Shown here piece after piece: positions 28,415 to 59,149 of a stretch of 64,000 nt of DNA. Origin of the DNA: Chrysomallon squamiferum (taxonomy: Eukaryota; Animalia; Mollusca). Location of the stretch: assembly GCA_012295275.1 (NCBI GenBank), contig CM022675.1:10354001-10418000 (forward strand), given 5' to 3'. The translations under genes and the position numbers were made by a program. Below the pieces are notes generated by a model, which was given only the letters and a program-made list of their open reading frames with translations, did no database searches and was not told the DNA's origin. Each line of letters starts with the position of its first letter. Within the stretch, counting starts at the first letter, position 1.

Positions 28415-29610
28415 ATAAACTTAAGCTATTTATAATCTTAATATATTTTGTTTTATTATTATTATTTTTAATAATATTTTTTATTTTTGCAGTATATGTT
28501 TTGTAATAAGATAATAATCTGCTTAGTGTAATTGAAGTTTTTTGGATCAAGATTGTTTTAATAATTTACAAAAAATATTTCTAATATACATGCTAGGCTA
28601 TTAAGGATTTTTGTGATTATAAAACATGACATTCAAATAAAAAAAAAAAATTTAAAATCCTGACATATTATTCTTTTTTTTGTTTGTTTCAGGAAAGAAC
28701 TACTAGAGTTTGAAAGGAAAGGAACTCTGACTAAGTTCTGTTTGAGTGTTTCCAGAGAAGAGGATGTTCCTGACTGTACCAAGTATGTTCAGGACTGTGT
28801 CTTGATACACGGCGAATCTCTGGTTACGCTGATAGACGATGACGCTGTTGTTTATGTGTGTGGAGATGCCAACAACATGGCGAGGGATATAAACTCTGCA
28901 TTTTGTTCCATTATTCAGAAACATAAAAGTAAGTATTGCATCCTCATAATCTAAATAATTTAGTTTTTAAAAGGATTTGATCCTTATTTTTTTTAGACAG
29001 TCCTTATTATGATAATAATACTGAAGTATGACCCAGCCAAATTATTTGAATGAAGCAGTTAGTGATGATGTATCAGGAATTTTTTAATAATGAAGTCATC
29101 TTATCCTGAGCTTTGATTGTTTAAGATGTCTCTCCAGTTACAAGTTGAATAGCAAATGATGACATAACTTCCTAGTTAATTTTTATTACTTACTCAAGTT
29201 ACTGTATTTAATGATATTATGGTTAAAATAGTTAGCTTTTTATATAGTTCTACTTTTGACAAGCTTTTAGATTCTTTCATTTCACCTCTGAACAGAAGAA
29301 ACTATTAAATGATGAGACAAGTCTGAATTTGTTATGTATTGTAATTAAAGCCACCTTTTCTGCAAAAATTGTCTAAATATCATATATATTTTAACATTAA
29401 AACAGCTTTTACTTTATATTAGAATAAAAAATAATAACATTATAAATACTTCAGTTGAATAAATATTACTAGAATTGTTGTAGTTACATTTCGTTTTTTC
29501 AGTAGTTTTATTTGTTTTTTTTTTTTTTAGATTTGAATGAATCAGATGCTCTGGCATTTCTAATGAAAATGAGATTACACAAACGTTACTTGGAAGATGT
29601 GTGGATCTAA
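21990..29610 (+). CDS. MTRR: Methionine synthase reductase (diflavin FMN/FAD/NADPH oxidoreductase), ~744 aa, 13 coding exons
   Basis: Exons 21990-22136, 22596-22746, 23170-23287, 23721-24195, 24446-24589, 24936-25021, 25389-25545, 26493-26673, 27012-27054, 27460-27664, 28112-28323, 28693-28928, 29531-29610; total 2235 nt, open throughout. Motifs: [63 protein letters not shown] (MTRR-typical), [86 protein letters not shown]. No N-terminal membrane anchor (argues against CPR) and a long S/T-rich linker as in MTRR. Confidence 0.96.
25565..25960 (-). mobile_element. hAT-family transposase relic (ZNF862-like) in MTRR intron 7
   Basis: Minus-strand translation [74 protein letters not shown], then after a frameshift [39 protein letters not shown]. 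This follows the hAT pattern around the first catalytic Asp (F-S-x-x-x-D-G...E-K-E-x-x-Y-V...G-x-P...A-x-A-x-x-I). Confidence 0.8.
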
Positions 29611-32540
29611 AAGCAGAAGGCAGCAAGACAAAAATGTTGGTTTATCATCCTGAAAACAACTTTTTATTAATATTTAAACACATATTTAAGCATATATTTT
29701 ACCTTTAAATCATTTTAAAATAACATTTTATATATGTATCTATATATTTATAAACAATGCAAAATTAAATTAGGTGGTTGTATTATATTTTTTTTATGTT
29801 ATGGGTATATTGTTACATTAATCATGTTGTATAAATTTATTATTGTGTCCTTGAATTGTAAAGATATTTGCTTTAAACAGATTCAGAATTTTACACAATA
29901 CACATTTTAATCAGCCGATCAATTTTAAGGATTATTTTTGGTACTTAATTTAAAAATACACATATATATATATATATATACACATTTTATCATGTAAATT
30001 GATGAAAAACATTTCAGATGTTTTGTAAATATACATGTTGAAAAAAAGGTCATAAATGAAATTATTACTGATATTGGTGTTCTTCTGAAAGTTTTATTTA
30101 TTTATTTATTATTATTTGATTACTTTCATTATGTACAGTAATAAAGCCAGTTGCATTATCATACAGTAGTGCCATACCAGCCATTATCTGTGAAAAGAAT
30201 ATCAAAAGAATGCCTTGACAAGGTGCAACATTTTTCATTTGTGAAACTATTTATAAGCCTATCTTGTTCAGATGACATCTATGAATTACATTTGTGATCA
30301 AGTAGTGTTTATGAAATTCTTATAACCAATCAAAATGCTGGATTTACTTAAATGGAAGTATTCATCATCATTCACTTGGTTTATTTTATACATAAACAAG
30401 TTTGATTTTATTATTGGTGCTGCCAGTAAACAGGTGCACAGTTCTATATACAACATAGATGATATGTGCTTTGTGTGTATAGCTAAATAATGCTAATAAA
30501 TAAAAACAAATACAAAAAAAAAAAAAAAAAAAGAATAAAAAAAAAGAAGTGAAATAAACAATATAGATAAAAAGATATTAAATACTCAAAGATGACATTC
30601 AGGGCTTTGTAAGGAAATGTGTTACATGAGAACATGTTTTTAATTTTTTCAAGACTGATAATCAAACTTTGCTGACAATAAATTAGAATAATAAATTAGC
30701 TTTGTTTCACAAATTCATCACAAAAATGAGTTCCATTTAAGTACATAAAAATTATAACAAAAAAAAATAACCACCCCTCCAAAAAAAAAAATTATATATA
30801 TATATATACGTTACATAAACTAATCAGAAAACAAGGCAGATGTGAAAAGAACTGAAATTGTATACAACCTTTATTAAATATATAACTAGAATTGAACAAA
30901 CAACAAATTAGTCTATTTCAAAACTTAATCTTTTTTTTTTATCTCTCATTTATTTCACAAATTCCAACCACAACTAAAACAACAGAAACTACAAACTTAA
31001 CTTAAAACTAACAGAATAAATGCATGTCTGTATTGCGTAAAGTATTCAAAGTAAGCACATAAATATATACTTCATCTCTCATTTGTTTGTTTATACAATT
31101 TTGTCAAGGAATAATCAGATCTTTTTTTTTTTTTAATTAAAATATCTTTGGCAAAGGAAATGTTTAATAATATGAAATGACAAATTTAATATCTTGATTT
31201 CCTGTTGCTGAATATTTTTCTTTTTAAAAAGGGTGGAAAAAAAAAAGCACTAACAAGAAAGCCATTTTAAAGAATTTTGCTAGAAAACAGTTCTAACAAC
31301 AAAGACAAGTTTTATTTGCAACACGTTGTTCATGACTTAACTTACAATCACCAAGAATGAAACATGGAAAAAATAATTTTTTTTTTTTTTTTAGTTTTTC
31401 TTTTTGGCAAAACATTGTAAAAAAAAAACACACAAAAAAAAATGGAACCCGACATAATTTTTTTTTTTGTTACTAATTTGATTTTAAAAATATTTTTAAA
31501 ACTGTAAAAAACAAAACAGAGGCCTGACCAAAGATGTCTGTATAGAAAGCCGTCTAAATTTTGATCTAAGATTTTTGAGTACATGATGTATGCACATCTC
31601 AACAGCAGATAGTAAAGTGCTTTGTAATGATGCTTCTAACAATTACGAGTGGTGTAACGAGAACGCAAGGTAAATACTTATCTTCATGTATATATATTTA
31701 TATATAGCATTATCATTAACAAACAGTAACATTTTTAATAATTAACTCTTTTTCTATATTATCATCTACTGTGCAGCTAACATGATTATTTAGTACCAGC
31801 GAAAGGGTTGGCTTTAACCAAGGGTTGTGTAATATAAATAAAACACTACTGCATTTCATCAAGTTTCTAATTCGTCATTTAAACTAGACTTGTACATCAA
31901 TATAGCTTTTCTTTTTAATTTTTTTTTTTTTTTTTTCTTTTTTTTTTTTTAAGAAAAAACCCCAAAACAGAAACAAATATTAATAATTCAAAATATAACA
32001 TCATGATTTTATTTTGGTATGTATATAGTTGTTATTTAGCAGTTTTTTTTGTTTTTCTCTCACTCCTACTAGAAATCACATGGCAGTTGTTGTAGCATTC
32101 TGAACAAATATGAATTTTTTTTTGCCCAATGATTTCGTAATAATAAACCAGTGATCCATTTAATAATGTGCAGAATTTAGTAAAATACTTATAGTTTTCT
32201 AGCTTGATAACAAAGATATTTTAATGAAAACTTAGACAATCATAAATAAATTTTAAAAATTTTCAGAGAAAACATGTCATTATTCTTCTTAAAAAAACGA
32301 ACAAATCACACCTGCTTCTTTTATTTTGTAACAGAATTTTTTTTATCATTTATTTACATTTTTTTTTAAAGAATATATACTTCAGGTCATGAACATCTGA
32401 AACCCCATTCTACAGTCATTATAGATATATCAGATTTAAATTAAAACTATTTTAAGTATAATATATGAGCTAATTTAAAATCTCATGAATTAATGTTATT
32501 TTTTTTTTAAAGAAAAACATTCCAGTTATTAAAATAATAA

Positions 32541-32579
<39 letters not shown>

Positions 32580-33510
32580 TATAATAACAATAATAATAAT
32601 AATAATAAAATAATAATAATATAAAAATTAAATTTCTTTAATCAAAACTTGCTCATTCACTCATAATGGAACAGTGTTTTAATATTTTTATTTCAACAAT
32701 TTTTTATTTTTTTTTGAAATCCTCAAGCCTTTTTTAGAAACTTGATTAAAATCATCACAAGCAGAATAAACAGATTCCCATTATAAGCAAGTTGGTATAT
32801 GTGAATACAGAAAGGACAAGAGTGTCCTTTATAAACAAGTGGTTGTTGTGGTAAGGTGCCCTTTTTTAACAAGATTATCAGCAGTTATTATTACAGCTAG
32901 TTACTTTTGAAAGGTACAATCAGAAAGAATGGTCAACGAACTAATAATAGTAATAATGATAAAATTATATACAAGATTCACACACAGAATTTCAACAAAA
33001 AAACCCTAAAAAAAACAACTAAAGTTGTCATTATTATTTAACTTCCCAGAAATATGAATGGATCTGTATACAAAACTGATATGTTTTGGAATAAACCTCA
33101 CACTAAGTCATAAATGTGACCTTTCACTAATCACATCTGCAGTGTCCCACAATCATGTCACTATTTTACAACTAACACTTGAAAGCTGTCAACTGTCACT
33201 ACTTCACAAACTGTTATGTACGAGCTATCACCATCTTAAAAATATTTGCAACATGTCACTCATTTTACTTTATTTGTAATGTCATAATTATCATCATGTG
33301 GTGTGACGTCATTATGAAGACATATGATCTCTAAATATGACAGACAAGATGTCACAGCATCTGAGATGCGGTTACAGAAAACAATGGCACAGAATAACAA
33401 ATTGCATCATGATTGTCGCATTAGGTACGGTCAGATGAAAATCTTGATAGAAATGATTAGAAAATGTCCCAACTTCAAAATGGATTCGTTGACTTGTGAC
33501 AGTCGGATCG

Positions 33511-33720
33511 TTTGACATAAATTATGTTAATGATTAACCAACGGTCTGCTTTTAACCTTAAAACTATTACACTTGCTACATGCTGCCAGGTCAAATCTGG
33601 TTCAGTCAGACAGACATTTTAATACCAGTTACAGTCTGTTTTTAACCTTAAAATTAATACAGTATTTTCCTATATGCTGTCAGGTCAGATGAATATGTTG
33701 ACATACATTATGTTAATAAC
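33511..33720. repeat. Degenerate ~90-bp tandem repeat (2+ copies)
   Basis: AC(G/A)GTCTG(C/T)TTTTAACCTTAAAA...ATGCTG(C/T)CAGGTCA at 33541 and 33631; TTGACATA.ATTATGTTAAT at 33512 and 33698. Confidence 0.7.
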
Positions 33721-34804
33721 AGCAGCTATTTTGCCTGAAGGCAATGAATGAAAATTAGTTCTGATCTGTAATAATTCCAAGTTCCTCACGAATATGATAT
33801 TTACAGCATCTTAAATCTTTATTGAGCAGTTTTTATTAACTATTAGTGCACTTTCTGAATCTTTTATTTTTACTTTCACAAAATAACAAAAGTTAACCAA
33901 ACACCAATTGTGTGACAACTCCTATTATCTTATGATTGTATTATAACTGCAAAACGATTGTACAGAGAACGACTGCTGTATCAGTACATCATTTATGACC
34001 ATTAAAATATGAATTCTGTTAATCTCGACTCTTTTAAGTCTTATCTAAGAAATATTTTAACCTATATATGATGACTAAACTGTTCTAAAAATTTCCAGGC
34101 ACCATTCATGATTATCTTGACAGTCTCTCTGATATTTCAGATTATTAAATTATAACTAAAATTCTCAGCTAATATACTGCACTGACTGAACACACACATC
34201 TAGAGAGGAAACTGACTTTTACATCTTTATTCAACCTTAGTGAAATCCCCATTACTTAACACCGACTAACAATACTGTAATTTTTTCTTCACTTGATGAC
34301 TGTATTTTAGTAAAATATTAAAACATGAAAACAACTCTCTGTTTAGACGCTGGTTATCTTTGACCATGTCATCATGATTGTACCTTTACAAACACAACCA
34401 AGCTTTATACTGTGGTAAAAACAGGGCAACGCGTGTGGTATATCGGAACATGACTGCACCTTTATTTATATATTTATATATTTATATGTGTATGTATGAC
34501 TAAATCTCTGAATGCGATTACGAACTGGGCAGCCTGTGACATCATAAACAATAACGTAACCGATTTTTAACAAAATTTCACGCACGTTGTCGTTTTGTTA
34601 GTTCTTTGTGAGGTAGGAAGAAATGTTTCAATGTTTACATTAAAAAAAAAAGAAAAAGAAAGAAGTTATTACTATATATATATATTTTTAAAAATGACAC
34701 AGAGACTTGTTTATTCAGTAATTCAACAAAGTAACTGTCCGAAGAGATAAAGAAACTGAAACATAAGGTCTCGTATGATATCCAATGGAATCGAATAATG
34801 AGTG

Positions 34805-35150
34805 ACGTATCTAACAGTGGCTTTTATAGTACCTAACAATGGCTGATTTACTATCTAACATTTCTTTATACTATCATAGTGACTAAGGATATATACCTAA
34901 CAGTATCAGAGAGTGAACAGTATTTGGTCCTAGTGAATAATAGTATTGTGTCTAACAGTACTGAACAGTGGCTAGTATAGTGCCTAACAGTATCGTGTAG
35001 TGACTGGTATTACATCAAACAGCCACTAACTGAATCTGATAAAATATCAAACAGTATCAAACAGTGGATGATATAGTAGTAGTATGAAGTACCCAGTTAT
35101 ACAGAATCTGACAAAATATCAAACAGGAACTGATATGGTGTCTAACAGTG
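34805..35150. repeat. Degenerate short-period repeat with CTAACAGT/AAACAGT core
   Basis: About ten variably spaced (T/C)CTAACA(G)T or TCAAACAG cores between 34808 and 35149. Confidence 0.6.
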
Positions 35151-35399
35151 ATTAATAAAGTGAATGTATCACATATCATCAGGCTGCCCAGTAATTTGTG
35201 ATCATGTGACATGACAATGACATCTTTCTCTGATATGACAGTCTGCGATGTTGTCTAGTGATGACGACAGACCCAATCACAAACTGTAACCACGACGTCA
35301 GAACCTTTATCACAATCGACAGTGTCAGAAACCACACGACGGTGAAAACAGTACACACAGTGAATGATGTCGTATCTGACCACTGCGACGTCAGTCAGC

Positions 35400-35545
35400 T
35401 AACATGATGTCATAACAAGCCAATACGACATCACAGTCCACCAATATGACATCACAGCTGACCGACACGATGTCACAATAAACCAATGTGACATCACTGT
35501 CAGCCAAGACATGACATCATAGCAAATCGACACGACATCATAATG
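35400..35545. repeat. Degenerate ~21-bp repeat with GACATCA/GATGTCA core
   Basis: Cores recur at about 21-nt spacing (35406, 35427, 35448, 35469, 35490, 35513, 35534). Confidence 0.7.
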
Positions 35546-35750
35546 AGCCGAAGTGACAGAACAATCGTCCAACATGCTGTAAGTTTCTGAGAGGTGATGT
35601 AACAGCTGTGATGTGATGATGCCACACAAACTGACAGATGTGATGCGATGTGATGTTGATATGGCGACTGCTCTGTGGTAATGAGTGGGGGGGGCAGGTG
35701 GGTGGGAAACTATCTGATCACTCGTCATTACAGGCATTTTGTCACACAAT

Positions 35751-51753
<16,003 letters not shown>

Positions 51754-52688
51754 GGTCACCAATACTTACTGGGGGAAAAAAAAAAAAAAAAAGTAAAAGA
51801 ATCAAAGAGATTATTAATATTTTTGATACAGAAACTTAAACATACTTGAAAGAAAAAAAGAAAAAAAATTGAAAATAAAATTAATTTAAAAAAAAAAGAA
51901 TTAAGGAAGGAAAGAGATCCTATATATATATTCCAGGTGGAACAGCTTTTTGCAAGTATTCCAGTGCACTTCTAACAAATTCTAGAAATCCGGTCACTGT
52001 TGCTGTCGGTACTTTAAACACACATTTTGACAACAATTTAATGATGATTACATTCCTAAATACAAGTTATACATAAACTTAATTAATTCTAACTCCATGA
52101 TAACACACTGGGATTGCTATCTGAAAAGTGGTGGAAGCAGATGCATCACACTGGTAGACTGATGAAAATACAACAGAATACACAAGATATTATGTTACAA
52201 CTCACTCTGCAGTGACTACAAAAGCAGTGAAAGTAAAAAATCGTAACTGCTTTTTAGAAGGCACTGTAAATAATGAAGAGAATAATGATTTGCAGAAATG
52301 TTATACTCTGAATTTAAAAAAAAAAAAAAGAATTATTATAAATTTTTAAGAGAGGAAAAATGCATTATTTTCTTGCTGGACTAAACTTAAGTAAATTTGT
52401 TCAGTTATTTCGGTGTTTTGAACTTCTTTTAAAGACAGGAAACCATTGCGTTATAGAAACTGTAATAAAAGGTTTTTAAAATAATCTGACACAAATACAA
52501 GAGAAAATGGTCAGCTTTATGTTTTATTCACGTCTTGAAGACGTTTGTTTTTTTAAATCTGTAATAAGTATTTTCATATTATTTTGTGAATACAATGATA
52601 AAATAAGAAGGGAAATATTTGCACATGAAACATAATACGTTGTCACAGTAATGCTATTTACAGCAATAAATAAAATAACACTATGTTG

Positions 52689-52721
<33 letters not shown>

Positions 52722-53088
52722 GCATTAGCAACATCCTAACTGGAATTATATTAAGCTATATCAATAAATCATAATAATAATAATAATGATTATAATAAAT
52801 TTTTAAAATGAAAAGTAAATTAACATATTCAGAAAAAATATTATAATATATAACTATCAAAAAATGCTAAAATATATTTTTTCAGTACAAATCATCTGCA
52901 TATTTCATTGTCACAATAAAAATAAATAAATAAATAAACAAAAGCAAATCATTACAAAAAAAAAACAAGTGTCGTTATTTTTCAAAGGCACAGTTCAAAG
53001 TATTATTCTAATTATTTTAATTATTTTAAGTTAAACTGCATTTGAAATACACCTGGGTGACATTTTGGGCAGTGTACATTGTATTTTT

Positions 53089-53128
<40 letters not shown>

Positions 53129-54170
53129 TAAATCAAGTTTTACTGCAGAAAATTCTTGTAAAGTTGTAAACTTTTGAGTTTGTGGCTGTGTATTAAACTA
53201 ACTCAGTTGTTTATATATTAGAACTATTGAACAGTTTCATATGTGTATTCATTAAACTTATTAGTTATCTTCTTGTTTTTATATTTACTTATCCTGTTCC
53301 CTACTGAAGCTAAATCTGTACAAAGTCAAAGATTACACTTTCAGTTTGTTAAATTATATTGTTATTTGGAATAACAACTCCCACACCTGTGACATTTAAC
53401 ATTTGACATTTAAGAGAAAAAAAAAAAAAAAAAAAAATCAGTAGAAACATCAGCAAGAATTGCTTTGTATCTGACAATGTTGCTCATAAAAAATGTTGGT
53501 ATAGACATATCAGAAGCTACTTCTGCTTAGTGGAGTAAATGAGTATTTAACAGCTAAGTGTTTTAATTTTTATGATTCAAAGAAAATTATACACTTTCTT
53601 GAATAACAAAAATATCAGAAAGTAAACAAACTGACTGTTGGACTCTTCTTACTAATCAGAAGGGATCATTTATACCTTCCCACAGAAAGCAAAACACTTT
53701 TTTTTTTTTTAAATAAATACTATTATAAATAATCATTTCTATTAAAGATAAAATTTAATCTGAAAGAAACACTGTATCATCACTGAAATTTTTCACTGAT
53801 GAATGTTGAAAGTTCTGTTTGATGACAGAATGAAACCACAAATATGAAACAGTTTAAGGACAAAAGTCAAAACAAAACAAAAAATAAAAAAAATAAAAAA
53901 ATAAAAGGGATAAAAAATCCAAATAAAAAAAATTCAACAAAGATAAAAAGAAACTATAAAAAATTTAAAAATAAAATAAAAACAGAGCAACAAACAATCA
54001 ATAAATTTTAAAAATTAAAAAATAAAATAAAATAAAAACGAAATAAAATAAAATAAAATAATAATAATAATAATAAATAAATAAAAATACTTTAAAAAAA
54101 GATTTAAAACCCAGTTCTTAAACTTTAATAAAATTTTTTTTGAAAAAAAAAATTAAAAATTAAGAGTAAC

Positions 54171-54350
54171 CTTTATAAACCGCATAAAATAATGGTGAAC
54201 CTAGCAGCACAGAATGTTCGGACAACAAAACAAACAGAATAAACGAGCACATCTGACATGGAACGATGAATGATCAAGTTATGAGCCGTGCTACCAGGAA
54301 CAAAAAATCTCCCAATCAATAAAATTACTTGAGAGTAAAGATGGCTGAAC
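54171..54350 (-). promoter_or_regulatory. Candidate alternative first exon/promoter of the R3H gene
   Basis: Local CpG retention, GCCATCTT (YY1-like) on minus at ~54338-54345 and a weak donor AAG|GTTACT at 54170. The layout mirrors the 61.2-61.4 kb exon. Confidence 0.25.
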
Positions 54351-57300
54351 GACATAGTGGCCTAGATAGTGCTGAGGCAGGCTACCAGTAATCTGACAAT
54401 GTTGTGAAAAGCAAGTCAATACATGCTTAGAGCTTTTAATAAGATCATCTTTCTGCAGAATGGTGCCGTTAAGTGAAATTATCCAAATTAAGCCATGGCA
54501 ACCAAGAGAAACTTTAAGCAAACATTCTGCTGTTAGTACTAGTTTGGAACTTGATGTTGTTACCATGGATTGATTTTCACAAATGTCAAATGAAGAAAAA
54601 TGTTTTAAAAAAATATTTAAAAAATAACAACAAAAACATAGGATTAAGAAATGTAGTAGTCCATATTTCTACATAATTATTTTTAATATTAAGTAATTTA
54701 TTTCCAGGTATTTAGTAAATGAATATAACATCCCTGAAATAAAAATAATAATATTTGAATTAAGTATTATTCCATGAGTATTCTGAAAAAATTATGATCA
54801 AACTTCTCTTACAGGATTAGAAGCAGGTGTTTTTATCTTTATCAAAGATGTCTTGGAATCATTTTTTTTTTTTTTTCACTTATATTCTTTGACAAAAGCA
54901 TAAATGGTATAAACTTTTGAAATTTGTTTTCAAGAATTTTTAAAAAAAATCTTATATTAAGTATATTATTGTTATTATTATTATTATTTTTTTCTTTGTC
55001 CTTAGATTTCCAGAAATGGTCAGAATCAAATATAAGAACGAAGGTTTACATGAAACCATTTTTTCTTTCATTTAACTGATTTTAATAGAATATGCAAGAG
55101 AGAGAGAGAGAGAGACAGAAAGATTGTGCTACGCAACAGAACAGATGAAAACTGAAACATTATAAAAAAAAATTATCAATTAAAAAAATGTAAACTGTCA
55201 AAATACAACAGGTGTCTTACAGTTGTTAATTAACAAAAATGGCATTGTCGACAACATTATCATGCTGCCAGACAAAATCAAAAACAGTCATATCAGACAA
55301 ATCAACACAGGAAAACTAAATTTTATTCATATTAAAAAGTATTACACTGACTGACATACAGTCACTTTTGGCAACCCTATTTAAAATGTTTATTTTGTTG
55401 AATAATAATTTTATAATTTACTATCCCAGCATGGCAATGTTTTATTCTACTAGACTAATACAGTTTATCCTAAAACTGTCTGTTACACACATACATTCCT
55501 TCCAAAACACACACACACACACAGTGATAATATGTAAAAGCTTTAAAACAAATTAAGATTTGTTTATAGTTAAACAGATGGATATAATAATAAAAAAAAA
55601 TTTAAAATTAAAAATTTCTTTTAAAAAAAAATCCTCAGTTCAATCAATGACATTAACAAATAAACTGTGAAAAAAATATAAAAAAATAACATCAATGACA
55701 CCTGTAGAAAGAAAAAAGAATAAAATGATAACCTTTGTATAAATATGTTACATCCGCGTTCATTTGATCTCCGTGTGTTTATTGATGTGCAACAGCTGTG
55801 AACCTGTCTTAGTTATCACGAAATTTCATGCTTCAAAGTGTCTTAAACATGAGAATTAGTCAGTATAGTGTTTTGAAATATATATAGAGTCATTCTGTTG
55901 TGCAATTTTAAATTTGTATAACCTCTGATGCTTGATAAAGGATATATTTTCAACGTGAACATTAATCATGATGCGTTTCTGAATTTCTAAAAATAATGAT
56001 GGTGGTCATGTTGAAAATTAAATACCTCAACAATAAATACATTTAGAAATCCAAAAATTCATTTATCTTTGTGTTTTTTTACAGATCACTTCTAACATGC
56101 ATGGATCAGAAATTATACAAATTTAAAATTGCTCAAAACTTTATAATGACTCGCTATAGTGATCATGATAACTTTAAGAAAACATTTAAAGAAATTTAAA
56201 ATATAAATAATAATAATAATAATAAAACTATAGTATGGAATCTGAAATTCACCAAATATCTTAATAAAACCAATCTGTACCACTTTTGTTTAACAAGAGG
56301 CTTAACAGTGCTTATAAAATAATAGATAACCTGTATTTACGTATTTTGAATAAATCACAAACCTACTTGATATATATTTAAATTAAAACTGACTCTCAGA
56401 ATAAAAACACTAAGCCTGTAAATATTTGGATACAATTTCTCAAAACGTCAATAATTACAGTGTATTCAGTTTTATGTGCTGTCATGCTTTCTCAATAAAA
56501 TCAATATCAACTGACCACTAAATAAACTTTAACTTAAACCAAAACAATCTCAGCGACATTAAAAATGTATCAGTATGTATGATAAATTATCAGCAACATC
56601 AGTTTTTTCTCTCTCAAAAATACCTGATTTTTTTATACAACATTTAACTCTACAACATCATTATACAATGAAACCACATTCCCCTTCTTTCGGTAATTGC
56701 ATTTTACACGGTATAGCAAACCTGTATCTACTGTGTTGACACACTGGCCTGCATACAATGTAACGTACTTTAAATCTGGGTGTGGTTACACAGTAAGACA
56801 TGAACAGAAAACACCCAGACAACATTCATGAGTCAAACCAAGCATAAATTTTATTTTCAGTGTCACCCATCTGAAAATAACCACCAAGCCCTTTGATCTG
56901 ATTGATGCAGCGACAGACATTAAAGTACACAACAAAAATTTCCTCCAACTAGAATTAACTTGCTGTGAACATTTTTTTTTTTGCTTATTATTTGCTTACT
57001 AAGAGGAGAAAAAAAAAATTAAAATTAAAAATTAAAAATATTAAATAGGTATAATGGTTACCTGTAAAATGTTTTTAGGTGATGTGTGTGTTAACACCTT
57101 AGACATTTATCTGAAACATACCAGTACAAAGCTGTAACCTCCAGTATCTTTCAGACTTTGGATTAAGTAATGTTCTACAACTGATAATTTTTATGCAAGA
57201 CACTGGACATAAAAATACACACACACAAGTATCAGAATTTTTTTTTTTAATAACATTTTTATGTTATTTTGTATAAAATTAATACTTAAAGTCATGATAT

Positions 57301-59149
57301 GAAAATGAAAATGAAATTTTCATCTCCACTGCTACAGTCTGATTCTGATCTTTTTGTGTTTAAAATTAAAATAAAAAATTATTCTGTAAAATATTGTGAA
57401 TATATAAAAATATTCATAATAAAAAAAAAATGCAAGTGTAATGCTTGTTTTTGTAATATCCAAGAAACAATGATGTGAATAAATGCAAAGCAGATGTTCA
57501 TAACAACCAACATTAGTAAATAAATCAATATTAGAAAGTTTAACACACACACACACCTTCAGAATAAAACAAGTAATACAGTTTTTAATGATTAAACTTA
57601 AATTAATTTAAAATGTTACAGATGATAGTCAGTGATCAACAAAAAATATGTAGTGTTTTCTCATTTTTCTTCTCAACATCAATTACAATAATTAATCAAA
57701 AGAAAATAGTTTAAAAAAAAAAAGAATTCAAGATTTTTAAAAAAAGTGAGCATGTGAGTTTCAAGATAATCAAATTTACTATGTATTTTCAACAAGCATA
57801 AGAATCACAAAAATATTATGTTAACACCATCAGCACATTTAACTGAATTAATATTCAAATGTTTATCTTGTCATTGATATTCAGTGACATTAAATTGTTG
57901 TTATAGATTAAAATGAACAACTGCAACTGCTTATTTAATCAATCTTTTACCATTTGGATAAAATAGATCAAACTGGGCTGAAGAAAATGTGACATGATGC
58001 TCCAGATTCCACTGAAACTCAATAATTTAACATGTTGAAGCAAATACTATAGCCACAAGGGAAGCTGAAAGATGTTAAAGAGGTCAACAAAATGCTAAAA
58101 ATCAACTGCATGGAGTCAAACAACAAAATTAAATGTAATTAGTCTAAAGAATAGCAGATATATTTCTATGTGAGTGTCCTGTCATAAGAACTAAATCTAA
58201 TGTTTAATGTAATTCTAAATGCATCTATGTATTCTTGTTTCTACAGAATTTTCATTATGGTATTAAATGACATGGTGAATTAAAAGGTTGCAATATTTAT
58301 TCATTTTTTTTTTATTATACCAGAAATATAAAATAAATCATTTGAAAGTATAATTATTTTGCTATCAATGCCATATGGTGGGGTATATCAAAATTCTAAA
58401 TTTATGTTGTTTTTGTTTACACTGTTCTGTAATGTTTAATTAAGGATTCATTATTATTACATTTTGTTATATTCAATTTAAAATTTACCAATCGATTTAA
58501 TAAACCAGATCCTTGTAGTTAATTATTATTTATTTTTTTTAACTTTACTATTTCTACAATTATTGCAAGATAATAAAAATAAAATTAAAAATAAAAATCA
58601 TCAGTAAAATAGCATATATGTATGCAGATATAAATGATTAAGACCTGAATATGAAACAAAATTATACTTTTTTTTTTAATGTTTCATTCTAATTAAGACA
58701 TTATTTGTGTCAACTTTTCAATATTATCACAAGTCTGCTTTTTACAGCAATAAATCAATTTTTCTTCACTCTGGGTTTGCAGTTAACAGGTCACAGATCA
58801 AATATATAAATTATTTTTAGAATTTATTATTTTCTTATTCAAATTATTGCAAAGAGATAGGAAGGTTAATATGTGGACTATCCTGACATCCATATTTAGG
58901 TTTGGCAGAAACATATTTCTAATCAAATGACTATTAGGGTCAAAAAGTAACAACCAAATCAATTTCTAAGTGAATTAGATTGATGATGTAAACTAAATCC
59001 CAAATTTTATATATTGTTCCATATTTACTGAAAACCATTAACAAACTGATAGTTTATATGTTAATCACTGCTAAAGACAGAAGTGTCACATGTGGAGTTT
59101 TTACATCAGCACATTTGATTAACACTGGGTGAATCTACCTCTACTGAAG

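Larger units (their letters stand above)
30870..35750 (-). other. Probable long (~4.9 kb) 3'UTR of the R3H gene
   Basis: No convincing further exon after the stop; U-rich on the minus strand; AATAAA on minus at ~30870-30875 (others at ~34461, ~30408, ~30379). The end point is inferred. Confidence 0.4.

Noticed and set aside
29060-29112. Box C/D snoRNA-like motif pair (GTGATGA...CTGA) in the last MTRR intron
   Set aside because: The span is only ~50 nt, the terminal stem is weak, and no rRNA-complementary guide was recognised.
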